DNA of 64,000 nucleotides from the IMG/VR virus record IMGVR_UViG_3300025838_000019, positions 102,640 to 166,639 of that record; one strand, 5' to 3'. Within the stretch, counting starts at the first letter, position 1; each line of letters opens with the position of its first letter. Made by a program: the position numbers and the translations under genes. Below the pieces are notes generated by a model. The model was given only the letters and a program-made list of their open reading frames with translations, was not told the DNA's origin and did no database searches. Positions 35,343 through 43,606 of the stretch are shown piece after piece. Source of the stretch: a virus (Duplodnaviria; Heunggongvirae; Uroviricota; Caudoviricetes).

Positions 35343-37133
35343 ATGTATATGGAATATCTCGGTATAAGAATAGATTTAGAAAGAGATGGATTATTTGATG
35401 AACTCGGAATTAAAAGACTCAAAGAGTCCTACATGCGTGAAGATGAAGAATCACCACAACACAGATTCGCTTACGTATCGAAAGCGTTTGGTACAAATAC
35501 AGAACATGCACAGCGACTATACGACTACGCAAGTAAACATTGGCTTTCTTATTCTACTCCTATACTTTCTTTCGGTCGTAGTAAGAGAGGTATGCCAATT
35601 TCTTGTTTCCTTAATTACATTGAAGATACTGCGGAGGGTCTAGTTGATAATCTTTCAGAAACTAATTGGCTTAGTATGTTTGGTGGCGGTGTTGGGATTG
35701 GGTTTGGTATACGTTCAGCGGACGACAAATCTACTGGCGTTATGCCGCACCTCAAGATTTACGATGCATCTAGCTTGGCTTATCGCCAAGGCCGTACTCG
35801 TAGGGGCAGTTATGCTGCTTATCTTGACATTAGCCATCCTGATATTATTCCATTCCTAGAAATGCGTAAACCAACGGGTGATCCTAATGTCCGTTGTTTA
35901 AATCTACATCACGGTATTAACATTACTGATGACTTCATGCGTATCATCGAAACATCCATGTTAGACAAGGATGCAAATGACGATTGGCCATTGGTTGATC
36001 CAAAGTCAGGAGAAGTAAGAGAAGTGGTCTCTGCTAGAAGTTTGTGGCAACAGATTCTAGAGTTGCGTATGCATACAGGTGAACCATACTTGCACTTTAT
36101 CGATACAAGCAATCGTCATCTACCAAAATTCCTAAAAGACAAAGGCTTGAAAGTACACCAATCAAATCTTTGTTCAGAAATTATTTTGCCTACAGATGAA
36201 AGACGTACAGCTGTTTGCTGCCTTTCTTCATTAAACTTGGAGACTTATGATGAGTGGAAAAATAATAAACTTTTTCTACGGGACGTGGCAGAAATGCTTG
36301 ATAACGTGTTGCAATATTTTATTGATAATGCACCTGACTCTATTGCTCGTGCCAAGTATTCTGCTAGCCGTGAACGTTCTATTGGCGTTGGTGCTTTGGG
36401 TTTCCATGCTTATCTTCAGCGAAAAAATGTGGCCTTCGAATCTGTAGTTGCAAAGTCGATCAATAATAACATCTTCAAAACTATTAGAAAAGGATTAGAT
36501 GATGCAAATCTTCAACTTGGTAAAGAACGTGGTGAAGCACCCGATGCTAAGGGTACTGGTTTCCGTTTCAGTCATATTATGGCTATTGCTCCAAATGCTT
36601 CTTCGTCTATCATCTTGGGAAATACTAGCCCTAGTATTGAGCCTTGGCGTGCTAACGCATACCGTCAGGACACTTTATCTGGCTCATTTTTGAACAAGAA
36701 CAAGTATTTGGATAAAATCATCAAAGGTTTGACGCAAACAGAAGAACAGTATAATGATGTTTGGTCTTCTATCATTGCTAATGATGGTTCATGCCAACAC
36801 TTGGATATTTTGAATGAAGAACAAAAGTCAGTATTCAAAACATCTATGGAGATTGACCAACGTTGGGTAATTGACTTGGCAGCTGATCGTCAACAACACA
36901 TCGACCAAGCACAATCACTAAACGTATTCTTCCGTCCGGATGCAAATATCAAATACATTCATGCGATTCATTTTATGGCATGGAAAAAAGGATTGAAGAC
37001 GATGTACTATTGCCGTAGTGAGAAACTTGCTAAGGCAGATAAAGTATCTAAACGTATTGAACGTGAAGTAATCAAAGAACTAGATATGACCCAAATTGCA
37101 CAAGGTAACGACTGTATTGCATGTGAGGGATAA
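35343..37133 (+). CDS. nrdA: Ribonucleotide reductase large subunit, class I NrdA-like without ATP cone (596 aa)
   Basis: MFGGGVGIGF, NLCSEI active-site motif, C-terminal CIACEG cysteine pair. Confidence 0.85.
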   Translation: MYMEYLGIRIDLERDGLFDELGIKRLKESYMREDEESPQHRFAYVSKAFGTNTEHAQRLYDYASKHWLSYSTPILSFGRSKRGMPISCFLNYIEDTAEGLVDNLSETNWLSMFGGGVGIGFGIRSADDKSTGVMPHLKIYDASSLAYRQGRTRRGSYAAYLDISHPDIIPFLEMRKPTGDPNVRCLNLHHGINITDDFMRIIETSMLDKDANDDWPLVDPKSGEVREVVSARSLWQQILELRMHTGEPYLHFIDTSNRHLPKFLKDKGLKVHQSNLCSEIILPTDERRTAVCCLSSLNLETYDEWKNNKLFLRDVAEMLDNVLQYFIDNAPDSIARAKYSASRERSIGVGALGFHAYLQRKNVAFESVVAKSINNNIFKTIRKGLDDANLQLGKERGEAPDAKGTGFRFSHIMAIAPNASSSIILGNTSPSIEPWRANAYRQDTLSGSFLNKNKYLDKIIKGLTQTEEQYNDVWSSIIANDGSCQHLDILNEEQKSVFKTSMEIDQRWVIDLAADRQQHIDQAQSLNVFFRPDANIKYIHAIHFMAWKKGLKTMYYCRSEKLAKADKVSKRIEREVIKELDMTQIAQGNDCIACEG

Positions 37134-37765
37134 TGAAAACCATTGCTCTATTTGTAGGACCTCCTTACGTTTCTACACAATCGTGCAATGGTATAATTCA
37201 AGCTTTATCACCAAAGTATAATTTTAGATTATTTTCAAAACATGAGGTAGAAGATGGATTCTTTGAAAAAGTGGATGCTGTATGCTTCGGTGGCGGTTTC
37301 GGCAGTTCTGACAGCTGGGACTTTCTTCTTAGGAATAATGTTGATTCTGTCCGAACCTTCGTGCAACGAGGTGGGGTGTATATCGGAATCTGCATGGGTG
37401 GGTATTGGGCAGCCTCTGATTATTTCGACATTCTTTCTGGTGTGGATGTGTGTCAATATATCAAAAGGCCGGAAACAGATACAAGAAGACCCCATGCCAA
37501 AAACTTGGAAGTTGACTGGAACGGTAAACGGGAAAGAATGTTCTTTTACGATGGATTTGCAGTTACAGGAAATGAAAGAAATTTTGAAACATACGCAAGA
37601 TACATGAACGGTGATCCAATGGCTATTATACAAAACAACATTGGTATAATAGGTTGTCACCCTGAAGCGACTGAGTATTGGTATGATGAATATACTTGGT
37701 TAAAAGGTAAATATGAAAGCAAACACAATTTGTTGTTAGAATTTGTTGACGAGATTATGAAATGA
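37133..37765 (+). CDS. Class I glutamine-amidotransferase-like / BPL_N-like protein (210 aa)
   Basis: GGGFGSSD...GGVYIGICMGGYWA resembles GATase1-fold proteins; function unclear. Confidence 0.4.
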   Translation: MKTIALFVGPPYVSTQSCNGIIQALSPKYNFRLFSKHEVEDGFFEKVDAVCFGGGFGSSDSWDFLLRNNVDSVRTFVQRGGVYIGICMGGYWAASDYFDILSGVDVCQYIKRPETDTRRPHAKNLEVDWNGKRERMFFYDGFAVTGNERNFETYARYMNGDPMAIIQNNIGIIGCHPEATEYWYDEYTWLKGKYESKHNLLLEFVDEIMK

Positions 37766-37878
37766 TTATAGAGTGGACATTAATAGGATTTTTTAGTGCA
37801 TTAGGATGGTGGGGTGCAAATCATTATGTGATTGAGCCTTACTTTCCTCCACCAATAGAAATAAAGGAAGAAAAATGA
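37762..37878 (+). CDS. 38-aa membrane peptide, translationally coupled on both sides
   Basis: MIIEWTLIGFFSALGWWGANHYVIEPYFPPPIEIKEEK; ATGA overlaps with upstream stop and downstream start; absent from ORF track (too short). Confidence 0.4.
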   Translation: MIIEWTLIGFFSALGWWGANHYVIEPYFPPPIEIKEEK

Positions 37879-38120
37879 GAAAAGTATTAAGATTTACTGC
37901 ATCATGGTGTGGACCATGTGCAATGTTATCAAAAAATTTAGAGAGTGTAAAAACAAACCTGCCGATTGAGGTTATTGATATTGATGATGAGATTGATATC
38001 GCAGCCGAATTCGGTATTCGTAGTGTACCAACTCTTGTAATGCTGGATGAAAACGTTGAAGTAAAAAGACTCGTTGGTATGCAGCCATTAAAAAAACTAG
38101 AGGACTGGTTAAATGATTAA
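37875..38120 (+). CDS. Small protein with Trx-type WCGPC redox motif (81 aa); thioredoxin or NrdH-like
   Basis: SWCGPC active-site motif; placed between the two RNR genes; below classical thioredoxin length, so the NrdH-like alternative is open. Confidence 0.65.
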   Translation: MRKVLRFTASWCGPCAMLSKNLESVKTNLPIEVIDIDDEIDIAAEFGIRSVPTLVMLDENVEVKRLVGMQPLKKLEDWLND

Positions 38121-39099
38121 AAAGACAAATTTCAAAATTACGGATCAACGTAGTAACTTTAAACCTTTCAACTATCCGTGGGCATATGATGCATGGTTGA
38201 AACATGAACAATCACATTGGCTTCATACTGAAGTGCCAATGCTTGAAGATGTGAAAGACTGGAAAAAGAAACTTACAAAAGACGAAAAGACTTTCCTTAC
38301 ACATATCTTCCGTTTTTTTACTCAAGGTGACATTGACGTTGCGGGTGGTTATGTAAACAACTATCTACCATATTTCCCACAACCAGAAATTCGTATGATG
38401 TTGATGGGTTTTGCTGCACGTGAAGCTCTACACATTGCTGCATACTCACACTTGATTGAAACTCTTGGTCTACCAGAAACCACATATAGTGAATTCTTGG
38501 AATATCAAGAAATGAAAGACAAACACGACTATGTGTTGGATATTGCAAGTCAAAATAACACAAAAGAAAATACAGCTCGTCACATTGCTGTGTTCTCCGC
38601 ATTTACTGAAGGTATGCAGTTGTTCTCATCATTTATTATGTTGTTGAACTTCCCACGCCACGGTAAAATGAAAGGTATGGGTCAAATCGTTACTTGGTCT
38701 ATCGTTGATGAAACGATGCACGCTGAGAATATGATGAAATTGTTCAAAACATATATAAACGAAAACACCGAGATTTGGAACGATGAACTGAAATCAAGTA
38801 TCTACACAATCGCTGAAAAGATGGTTGCACTTGAAGACAAATTTATCAACTTGGCTTTTGATGTGAATCAAATGGAAGGTCTAACCAAAGAAGATGTTAA
38901 GAAGTATATTCGTTACATTGCTGACCGTAGATTGATTGGTCTTGGCATGAAAGGTATCTTCAAAGTTAAACGTAATCCACTACCATGGGTCGAAGAAATG
39001 ATTAATGCACCAACGCATACCAACTTCTTTGAAAATCGTGCAACAGACTATGCAAAGGGTGCTGTGACGGGAGATTGGAGTGACGTTTGGGCTCACTAA
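38113..39099 (+). CDS. nrdB: Ribonucleotide reductase small subunit NrdB (328 aa)
   Basis: Di-iron ligand helices FAAREALHIAAYSHL and EGMQLFSSF...VDETMHAE typical of R2. Confidence 0.85.
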   Translation: MIKKTNFKITDQRSNFKPFNYPWAYDAWLKHEQSHWLHTEVPMLEDVKDWKKKLTKDEKTFLTHIFRFFTQGDIDVAGGYVNNYLPYFPQPEIRMMLMGFAAREALHIAAYSHLIETLGLPETTYSEFLEYQEMKDKHDYVLDIASQNNTKENTARHIAVFSAFTEGMQLFSSFIMLLNFPRHGKMKGMGQIVTWSIVDETMHAENMMKLFKTYINENTEIWNDELKSSIYTIAEKMVALEDKFINLAFDVNQMEGLTKEDVKKYIRYIADRRLIGLGMKGIFKVKRNPLPWVEEMINAPTHTNFFENRATDYAKGAVTGDWSDVWAH

Positions 39100-39120
39100 T
39101 AACAATAAGAAAGAACTATC

Positions 39121-39309
39121 ATGAACGAAAAACAAATAACGGCAGAGTGTGCAGCTTGTGATTCAAGTTTTACGGTTGCTTACGTAGAAGAATTTGTTTC
39201 ACAAGAATTCCCTGAATGTTGTCCATTCTGTGGTGAGACCATTGAAGAATTTGAAGAACATCAAATCGATGACGAAGACGATGAGAATCTAGATTCAACT
39301 GATTGGTAA
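39121..39309 (+). CDS. Acidic zinc-ribbon protein (62 aa)
   Basis: CAAC...CCPFC four-Cys motif, Asp/Glu-rich tail. Confidence 0.45.
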   Translation: MNEKQITAECAACDSSFTVAYVEEFVSQEFPECCPFCGETIEEFEEHQIDDEDDENLDSTDW

Positions 39310-39346
39310 TTCAATTATCTAAATACTTCCATGAATGGGAGTATTA

Positions 39347-39781
39347 ATGATGAGTTCAAATTGGAAATATAATCTCGAAGATTTTACTGATGACATGGTT
39401 GGTGATAATTACGGGTTCGTGTATCAGATAACTAATCTGACGAATGGTAGGAAATACATAGGGAAGAAATTATTTTACTTCACCAAAACCAAACAAGTCA
39501 AAGGTAAGAAGAAACGTTTTAAAGCCATGTCAGACTGGCAAACTTATTATGGAAGTAGTGACACCTTGAAAAAAGATGTTACAATGTTAGGACAAGACAA
39601 TTTTGTTAGGGAAATCCTACATTTGTGCAAGTCTAAAGGTGAATGTGGTTATCTTGAAGCTAAAGAACAATTCGCAAGAGGTGTTCTGGAGAGTGATGAT
39701 TACTATAACACATGGATTATGTGCAGAGTAAGAGATACACACATAAAAGGATTACATGTCGGAAAATTACAACTTCTATAG
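39347..39781 (+). CDS. GIY-YIG endonuclease domain protein (about 144 aa)
   Basis: GFVYQITNLTNGRKYIGKK matches GIY-N10-YIG; inserted between nrdB and rnh; shorter than full homing endonucleases; start ambiguous (39335 or 39347). Confidence 0.55.
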   Translation: MMSSNWKYNLEDFTDDMVGDNYGFVYQITNLTNGRKYIGKKLFYFTKTKQVKGKKKRFKAMSDWQTYYGSSDTLKKDVTMLGQDNFVREILHLCKSKGECGYLEAKEQFARGVLESDDYYNTWIMCRVRDTHIKGLHVGKLQLL

Positions 39782-40097
39782 CTTTTGGCAAACAGAAGAA
39801 GATGAAACGAAAAGCAGACTCAAATGCATGGAGTTTGACGATGAAACGATGGGTAAATTTGCCGATGAAGAAGGTAGCGAACTTGGTCATAAGTACCAAA
39901 TTGTCCTCGTAAGAGACCACGATGAAGACGAGGAAAAATTTGCCGATTTAGATATCTTTGAGGCAATACTTGCACATCCTATCACCTACATCAAACAACT
40001 AATGAGCTGGGGTTGGTATGGAGTTGTCATCAGAAAATCCGAAAAATCCGGCAAATACGTTGACATAGCTGTTGCCGAAATACAAGAATTATTGTAG
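39756..40097 (+). CDS. Acidic hypothetical protein (113 aa)
   Basis: Overlapping ORF in different frame from GIY-YIG gene end. Confidence 0.4.
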   Translation: MSENYNFYSFWQTEEDETKSRLKCMEFDDETMGKFADEEGSELGHKYQIVLVRDHDEDEEKFADLDIFEAILAHPITYIKQLMSWGWYGVVIRKSEKSGKYVDIAVAEIQELL

Positions 40098-40126
40098 AAT
40101 GTAGTTTTGAAACTTGAAAGTTTATC

Positions 40127-40987
40127 ATGATCCTTATTGATCTAAACCAAGTGCTCTTAGGTGGTCTAATGGCACAAATCAACAAAAAGCACGTGAAGAT
40201 TGAGGAAGACCTCCTACGTCACATGATTCTCAACACGCTGCGTTACAACATCAAACAATTCAAAGAAGAATACGGTGAAGTTATCCTATGTGCGGATAAC
40301 CGTAAGTACTGGCGTAAAGAATTCTTTCCTTTCTACAAAGCTGGTCGCCGCAAAGCACGTGAAAAATCCGATTTGGATTGGCACTTGATCTTTGACTTTC
40401 TTGCCAAATTCAAACAAGAACTAAAAGAAAATTTCCCATACAAAGTTGTGGACGTTGAAGGAGCTGAGGCCGATGACATTATCGGTACTTTAGTGCCTCG
40501 TCATATCATGCACGAGAATATTTTGATCCTATCAAGTGATGGTGACTTCCTACAACTACAACAATACAATGGTCGTTCTAAGTACCATGTGAAACAATAC
40601 AATCCGTCTATGAAGAAGTACATTCATTCGGAAAAACCACTGGAAGAACTAAAAGAGAAAATCATTCGTGGTGATAAAGGCGATGGTATTCCAAACGTGT
40701 TTTCACCAGCTGATTGTTTTGTTCGTGACTTGAGACAAAAAGCAATCACCAAAGGTGTATTGGATAAACTCATGGAAAAACACTACGGTGACTGGGAAGA
40801 TGAAACAGCAAAAGCTGGATTCACACGAAACCAAGTGCTGATTGATCTAAGTCACATTCCTGGTGATATCAAAGACAAAATCATAAATAATTATGAGGAA
40901 ATGAAGCCGGCATCTAGAACTAAGATGCTTAATTATTTCATTGATAAAAAACTAAAAAACTTAATGGATGTTATTGAGGAATTCTGA
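40127..40987 (+). CDS. rnh: RNase H / flap endonuclease, T4 Rnh-like (286 aa)
   Basis: ILCADNRKYWRKEFFPFYKAGRRKAREKSDLDW and ILILSSDGDFLQL parallel T4 RNase H (LCIDNAKSGYWRRDFAYYYKKNRGKAREES..., ILIISSDGDFTQL). Confidence 0.85.
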   Translation: MILIDLNQVLLGGLMAQINKKHVKIEEDLLRHMILNTLRYNIKQFKEEYGEVILCADNRKYWRKEFFPFYKAGRRKAREKSDLDWHLIFDFLAKFKQELKENFPYKVVDVEGAEADDIIGTLVPRHIMHENILILSSDGDFLQLQQYNGRSKYHVKQYNPSMKKYIHSEKPLEELKEKIIRGDKGDGIPNVFSPADCFVRDLRQKAITKGVLDKLMEKHYGDWEDETAKAGFTRNQVLIDLSHIPGDIKDKIINNYEEMKPASRTKMLNYFIDKKLKNLMDVIEEF

Positions 40988-41412
40988 TGAAAAACATATA
41001 TGAAATTTGGGACGAATTTGAGAATTGCGATACGAAAAAAGAACGTATGACCGTGATTCAAAACAATTTGTCAAAAGCCTTGCATGACGTATTACTATTG
41101 ACATTCCATCCGGATTATCAATTTTTGGTAACTGAAATGCCAGAGAACTATTCACCTAAGTGGGAAAATACAAATGGTTTCTCTCGTTGTCAGTTATCTA
41201 CAGAATTGCGTAAGCTGTACATGTTCCGTAAAGGAGATGGTACAGCTGAAGCGTTGAGTGATAGAAAGAGAAATGAATTATTGATTCAATTGCTGGAATC
41301 TCTTGAACCAAGAGAAGCTGAAGTTGTTATGGGTATCTTTCAAAAAGACCAACATGTACCTGGTCTAACATATAAATTTGTTAAAGAAGCATTTCCTAAC
41401 ATGTTACCCTAA
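40987..41412 (+). CDS. Hypothetical protein (141 aa)
   Basis: ATGA-coupled ORF. Confidence 0.45.
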   Translation: MKNIYEIWDEFENCDTKKERMTVIQNNLSKALHDVLLLTFHPDYQFLVTEMPENYSPKWENTNGFSRCQLSTELRKLYMFRKGDGTAEALSDRKRNELLIQLLESLEPREAEVVMGIFQKDQHVPGLTYKFVKEAFPNMLP

Positions 41413-41795
41413 TGACCAAAAAAGAACGAATAATAGTTGTTTGTGGAAAATTTGATACTTTAAATCGTGATGAATTGCAATTTCTACGTAAAGCCAAAGA
41501 TAAGGGTGATTGGTTAGTTGTCGGTGTTTATTCAGATTTGTGGATGACCAACAACAATAATGGTTTTATGCAAAACCATGACACGAGAATTGATATTGTT
41601 CAGAGTATAAAGTATGTAGATGAAGTTTTCAGATTTAACGACTATGACGGTTCAGCTTGTCAACTATTAAAGATTGTAAAAATTGTGTATCCAAATTCCC
41701 ATATTACATTTATAACGGAAGAGGATATAGCATCTATGCCCGAGAGTCATATCAGAGGCATAAATTTTGAGGTAATAAAATTAGGAGAAGATTAA
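41412..41795 (+). CDS. TagD-like cytidylyltransferase-fold protein with HxGH motif replaced by N-R-D-E (127 aa)
   Basis: IIVVCGKFDTLNRDELQFLRKAKDKGDWLVVGV and KYVDEVF align to glycerol-3-P cytidylyltransferase (ITYGTFDLLHWGHIKLLERAK..DYLVVAIS, RYVDEVI) but both His are substituted. Confidence 0.5.
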   Translation: MTKKERIIVVCGKFDTLNRDELQFLRKAKDKGDWLVVGVYSDLWMTNNNNGFMQNHDTRIDIVQSIKYVDEVFRFNDYDGSACQLLKIVKIVYPNSHITFITEEDIASMPESHIRGINFEVIKLGED

Positions 41796-41796
41796 G

Positions 41797-41976
41797 TGTC
41801 AAAAAAATTTGACAGTCGCAAGTCTAACGATTATGACGAATTCGACTACGGTGAAAAATTACACCGTGAGAAAACTAAAAAAGTAAAACGTGGCAAAAAT
41901 CGATATTACGATGAAATGGACTTTTCACCACCACGTAGAGAAAAACCGTTGCGTAGATACAACAACACCTATTGAC
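41797..41976 (+). CDS. Small basic protein, GTG start (59 aa)
   Basis: AGGAG RBS then GTG; Lys/Arg/Tyr-rich; not in ORF track. Confidence 0.3.
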
Positions 41977-42023
41977 ATTATACTCAAACCGTGTATAATC
42001 TAGTCTGTTTGTAAGGAGAACAC

Positions 42024-42368
42024 ATGATTATACACGGCAACCTCGGTAAGTCTAAAAAACGCAAAGTCAGCAAAGCTGACCAGTTGCGAAATGAGCTTTG
42101 GTTAAAATCAATCGAAGCCATTGCACCCAAGCCTAAGAAAATTACCAAGTTCAAGCCTACATATAGTCTCGGACCCGGTTCAGCACCACCCGGTCGTGAA
42201 ACCGTGCGTTATCCTTCCCGTGTTACTGTACCCGCAGTAGCGACCAAAGCAGAATCAAAAGTTTACACTGGCACAAAAGTCATGGGCATTGCAACAATGC
42301 ACAAATCAAACGCTGTACCTGTGTTTAACAGTGAAGAAGCTGTAGAAATTTCAAGCATGAGGCGTTAA
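42024..42368 (+). CDS. Basic protein (114 aa)
   Basis: Promoter TTGACA-N16-TATAAT (41971-41998), RBS TAAGGAG. Confidence 0.5.
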   Translation: MIIHGNLGKSKKRKVSKADQLRNELWLKSIEAIAPKPKKITKFKPTYSLGPGSAPPGRETVRYPSRVTVPAVATKAESKVYTGTKVMGIATMHKSNAVPVFNSEEAVEISSMRR

Positions 42369-42369
42369 A

Positions 42370-42501
42370 ATGAAAGTAAGAAAACTGGTAAAAAGACTTT
42401 ACAGAGCAGTTCGTGAAGGAAAACTCGAAAAAGAAAAAAGACTTTACATAAAATTGCTCAAAAAGTCATTCAAAGGTAAAAAAACATTCGTAGTGAGATA
42501 A
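42370..42501 (+). CDS. Very basic 43-aa peptide
   Basis: MKVRKLVKRLYRAVREGKLEKEKRLYIKLLKKSFKGKKTFVVR; ATG directly after upstream stop. Confidence 0.3.
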   Translation: MKVRKLVKRLYRAVREGKLEKEKRLYIKLLKKSFKGKKTFVVR

Positions 42502-42503
42502 AA

Positions 42504-42644
42504 ATGGCTAAAAAAATGTCATTCACCGTGAAAATTCCAAAACCGGTTTGTCGTACACCGATAAAACCGGTGGAAAAACACAAAATTTCAACAAAATATG
42601 CTCGTAGAGCGAAGCATCCACACAAAGGAACTCATTATGAGTGA
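42504..42644 (+). CDS. Basic 46-aa peptide
   Basis: MAKKMSFTVKIPKPVCRTPIKPVEKHKISTKYARRAKHPHKGTHYE. Confidence 0.3.
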   Translation: MAKKMSFTVKIPKPVCRTPIKPVEKHKISTKYARRAKHPHKGTHYE

Positions 42645-42900
42645 AAAATATGACTTTTCCGAGCTCAATGCAGCGATGCGAAAGTGCATTGTCATGTCCA
42701 GATTCGAGCACGATCAAGAAAAATACGAAAATTTGAAGAATAACTCGTGGATTCTTGATGTTGAAGAAACAAATGATGGCACCGGCGATGCAATTTTGAA
42801 TTTTCCTGATGAGCTCATGATGTTGAATGGCTGGAAAGAAGGCACAAAGCTTGATATGGAAGCCAAAGACGGCAAAATTTACGTGAGGGAAGTGAAATGA
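42637..42900 (+). CDS. Hypothetical acidic protein (87 aa)
   Basis: AAAGGAA RBS before ATG 42637; ORF track start 42598 less likely. Confidence 0.4.
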   Translation: MSEKYDFSELNAAMRKCIVMSRFEHDQEKYENLKNNSWILDVEETNDGTGDAILNFPDELMMLNGWKEGTKLDMEAKDGKIYVREVK

Positions 42901-43553
42901 GAACGGAAGTACTTGCAACAGAACACGGAAATATTGTCCGTTTGTTTGCCGACACAAAAAAGGAGCTCACATTGACTTTTTTTCGAGTCCAAGAATACTA
43001 CGAATCACAAAAACCAGAATTATTCCGTAAAAGTTTCAGTGTTATGGAATTTTTAGAAGCAATGATGACTGATGACGGCGTTATTGAATACTTTTCTGAT
43101 TGGGATGGCTTCAATGTACCTGATGAACTTTTCAATAGATGGATTTCCGAACAATCTTTAGGTGGTTTTACAAAGCAAGAAAATGCTTTGATAGATTCTT
43201 TACTTGATTTGGATCGCAAGACACCGTATTATGTCATTGGTGCGATGAAAGGTGACAAAGGAACATTAGAACATGAAATGTCACATGCATATTATTATCT
43301 AAATCCTGAATACATTGCAGAAGCCAATAATTTGTTGCATATTTTTGAGACAACTTATCCCGATGAATACAAACAATTTGTACATGACCTGAAGGAATTG
43401 GGTTATGCTGATGACGTAATCGATGACGAAACCGTGGCATGGATGGCCGCAACTAATAAAAGAGAATTTAATGACACATTTTACGTAGAATATGCTAAAT
43501 TAGAGCCTTTGATTAAGCGTTTCCGTAAATTGTTGCGTAAATACAACAAGTAA
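42897..43553 (+). CDS. Hypothetical protein (218 aa)
   Basis: ATGA-coupled ORF. Confidence 0.5.
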   Translation: MRTEVLATEHGNIVRLFADTKKELTLTFFRVQEYYESQKPELFRKSFSVMEFLEAMMTDDGVIEYFSDWDGFNVPDELFNRWISEQSLGGFTKQENALIDSLLDLDRKTPYYVIGAMKGDKGTLEHEMSHAYYYLNPEYIAEANNLLHIFETTYPDEYKQFVHDLKELGYADDVIDDETVAWMAATNKREFNDTFYVEYAKLEPLIKRFRKLLRKYNK

Positions 43554-43554
43554 A

Positions 43555-43583
43555 TTGACACATCAAATCTACTGTGATACAAT
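43555..43583 (+). promoter_or_regulatory. Sigma70-like promoter TTGACA-N17-TGTGATACAAT
   Basis: Exact -35 hexamer, 17-nt spacer, extended -10 TGnTACAAT; RBS AGGAG and ATG 43607 downstream. Confidence 0.55.
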
Positions 43584-43606
43584 AACAACATTGTTTAGGA
43601 GATAGA

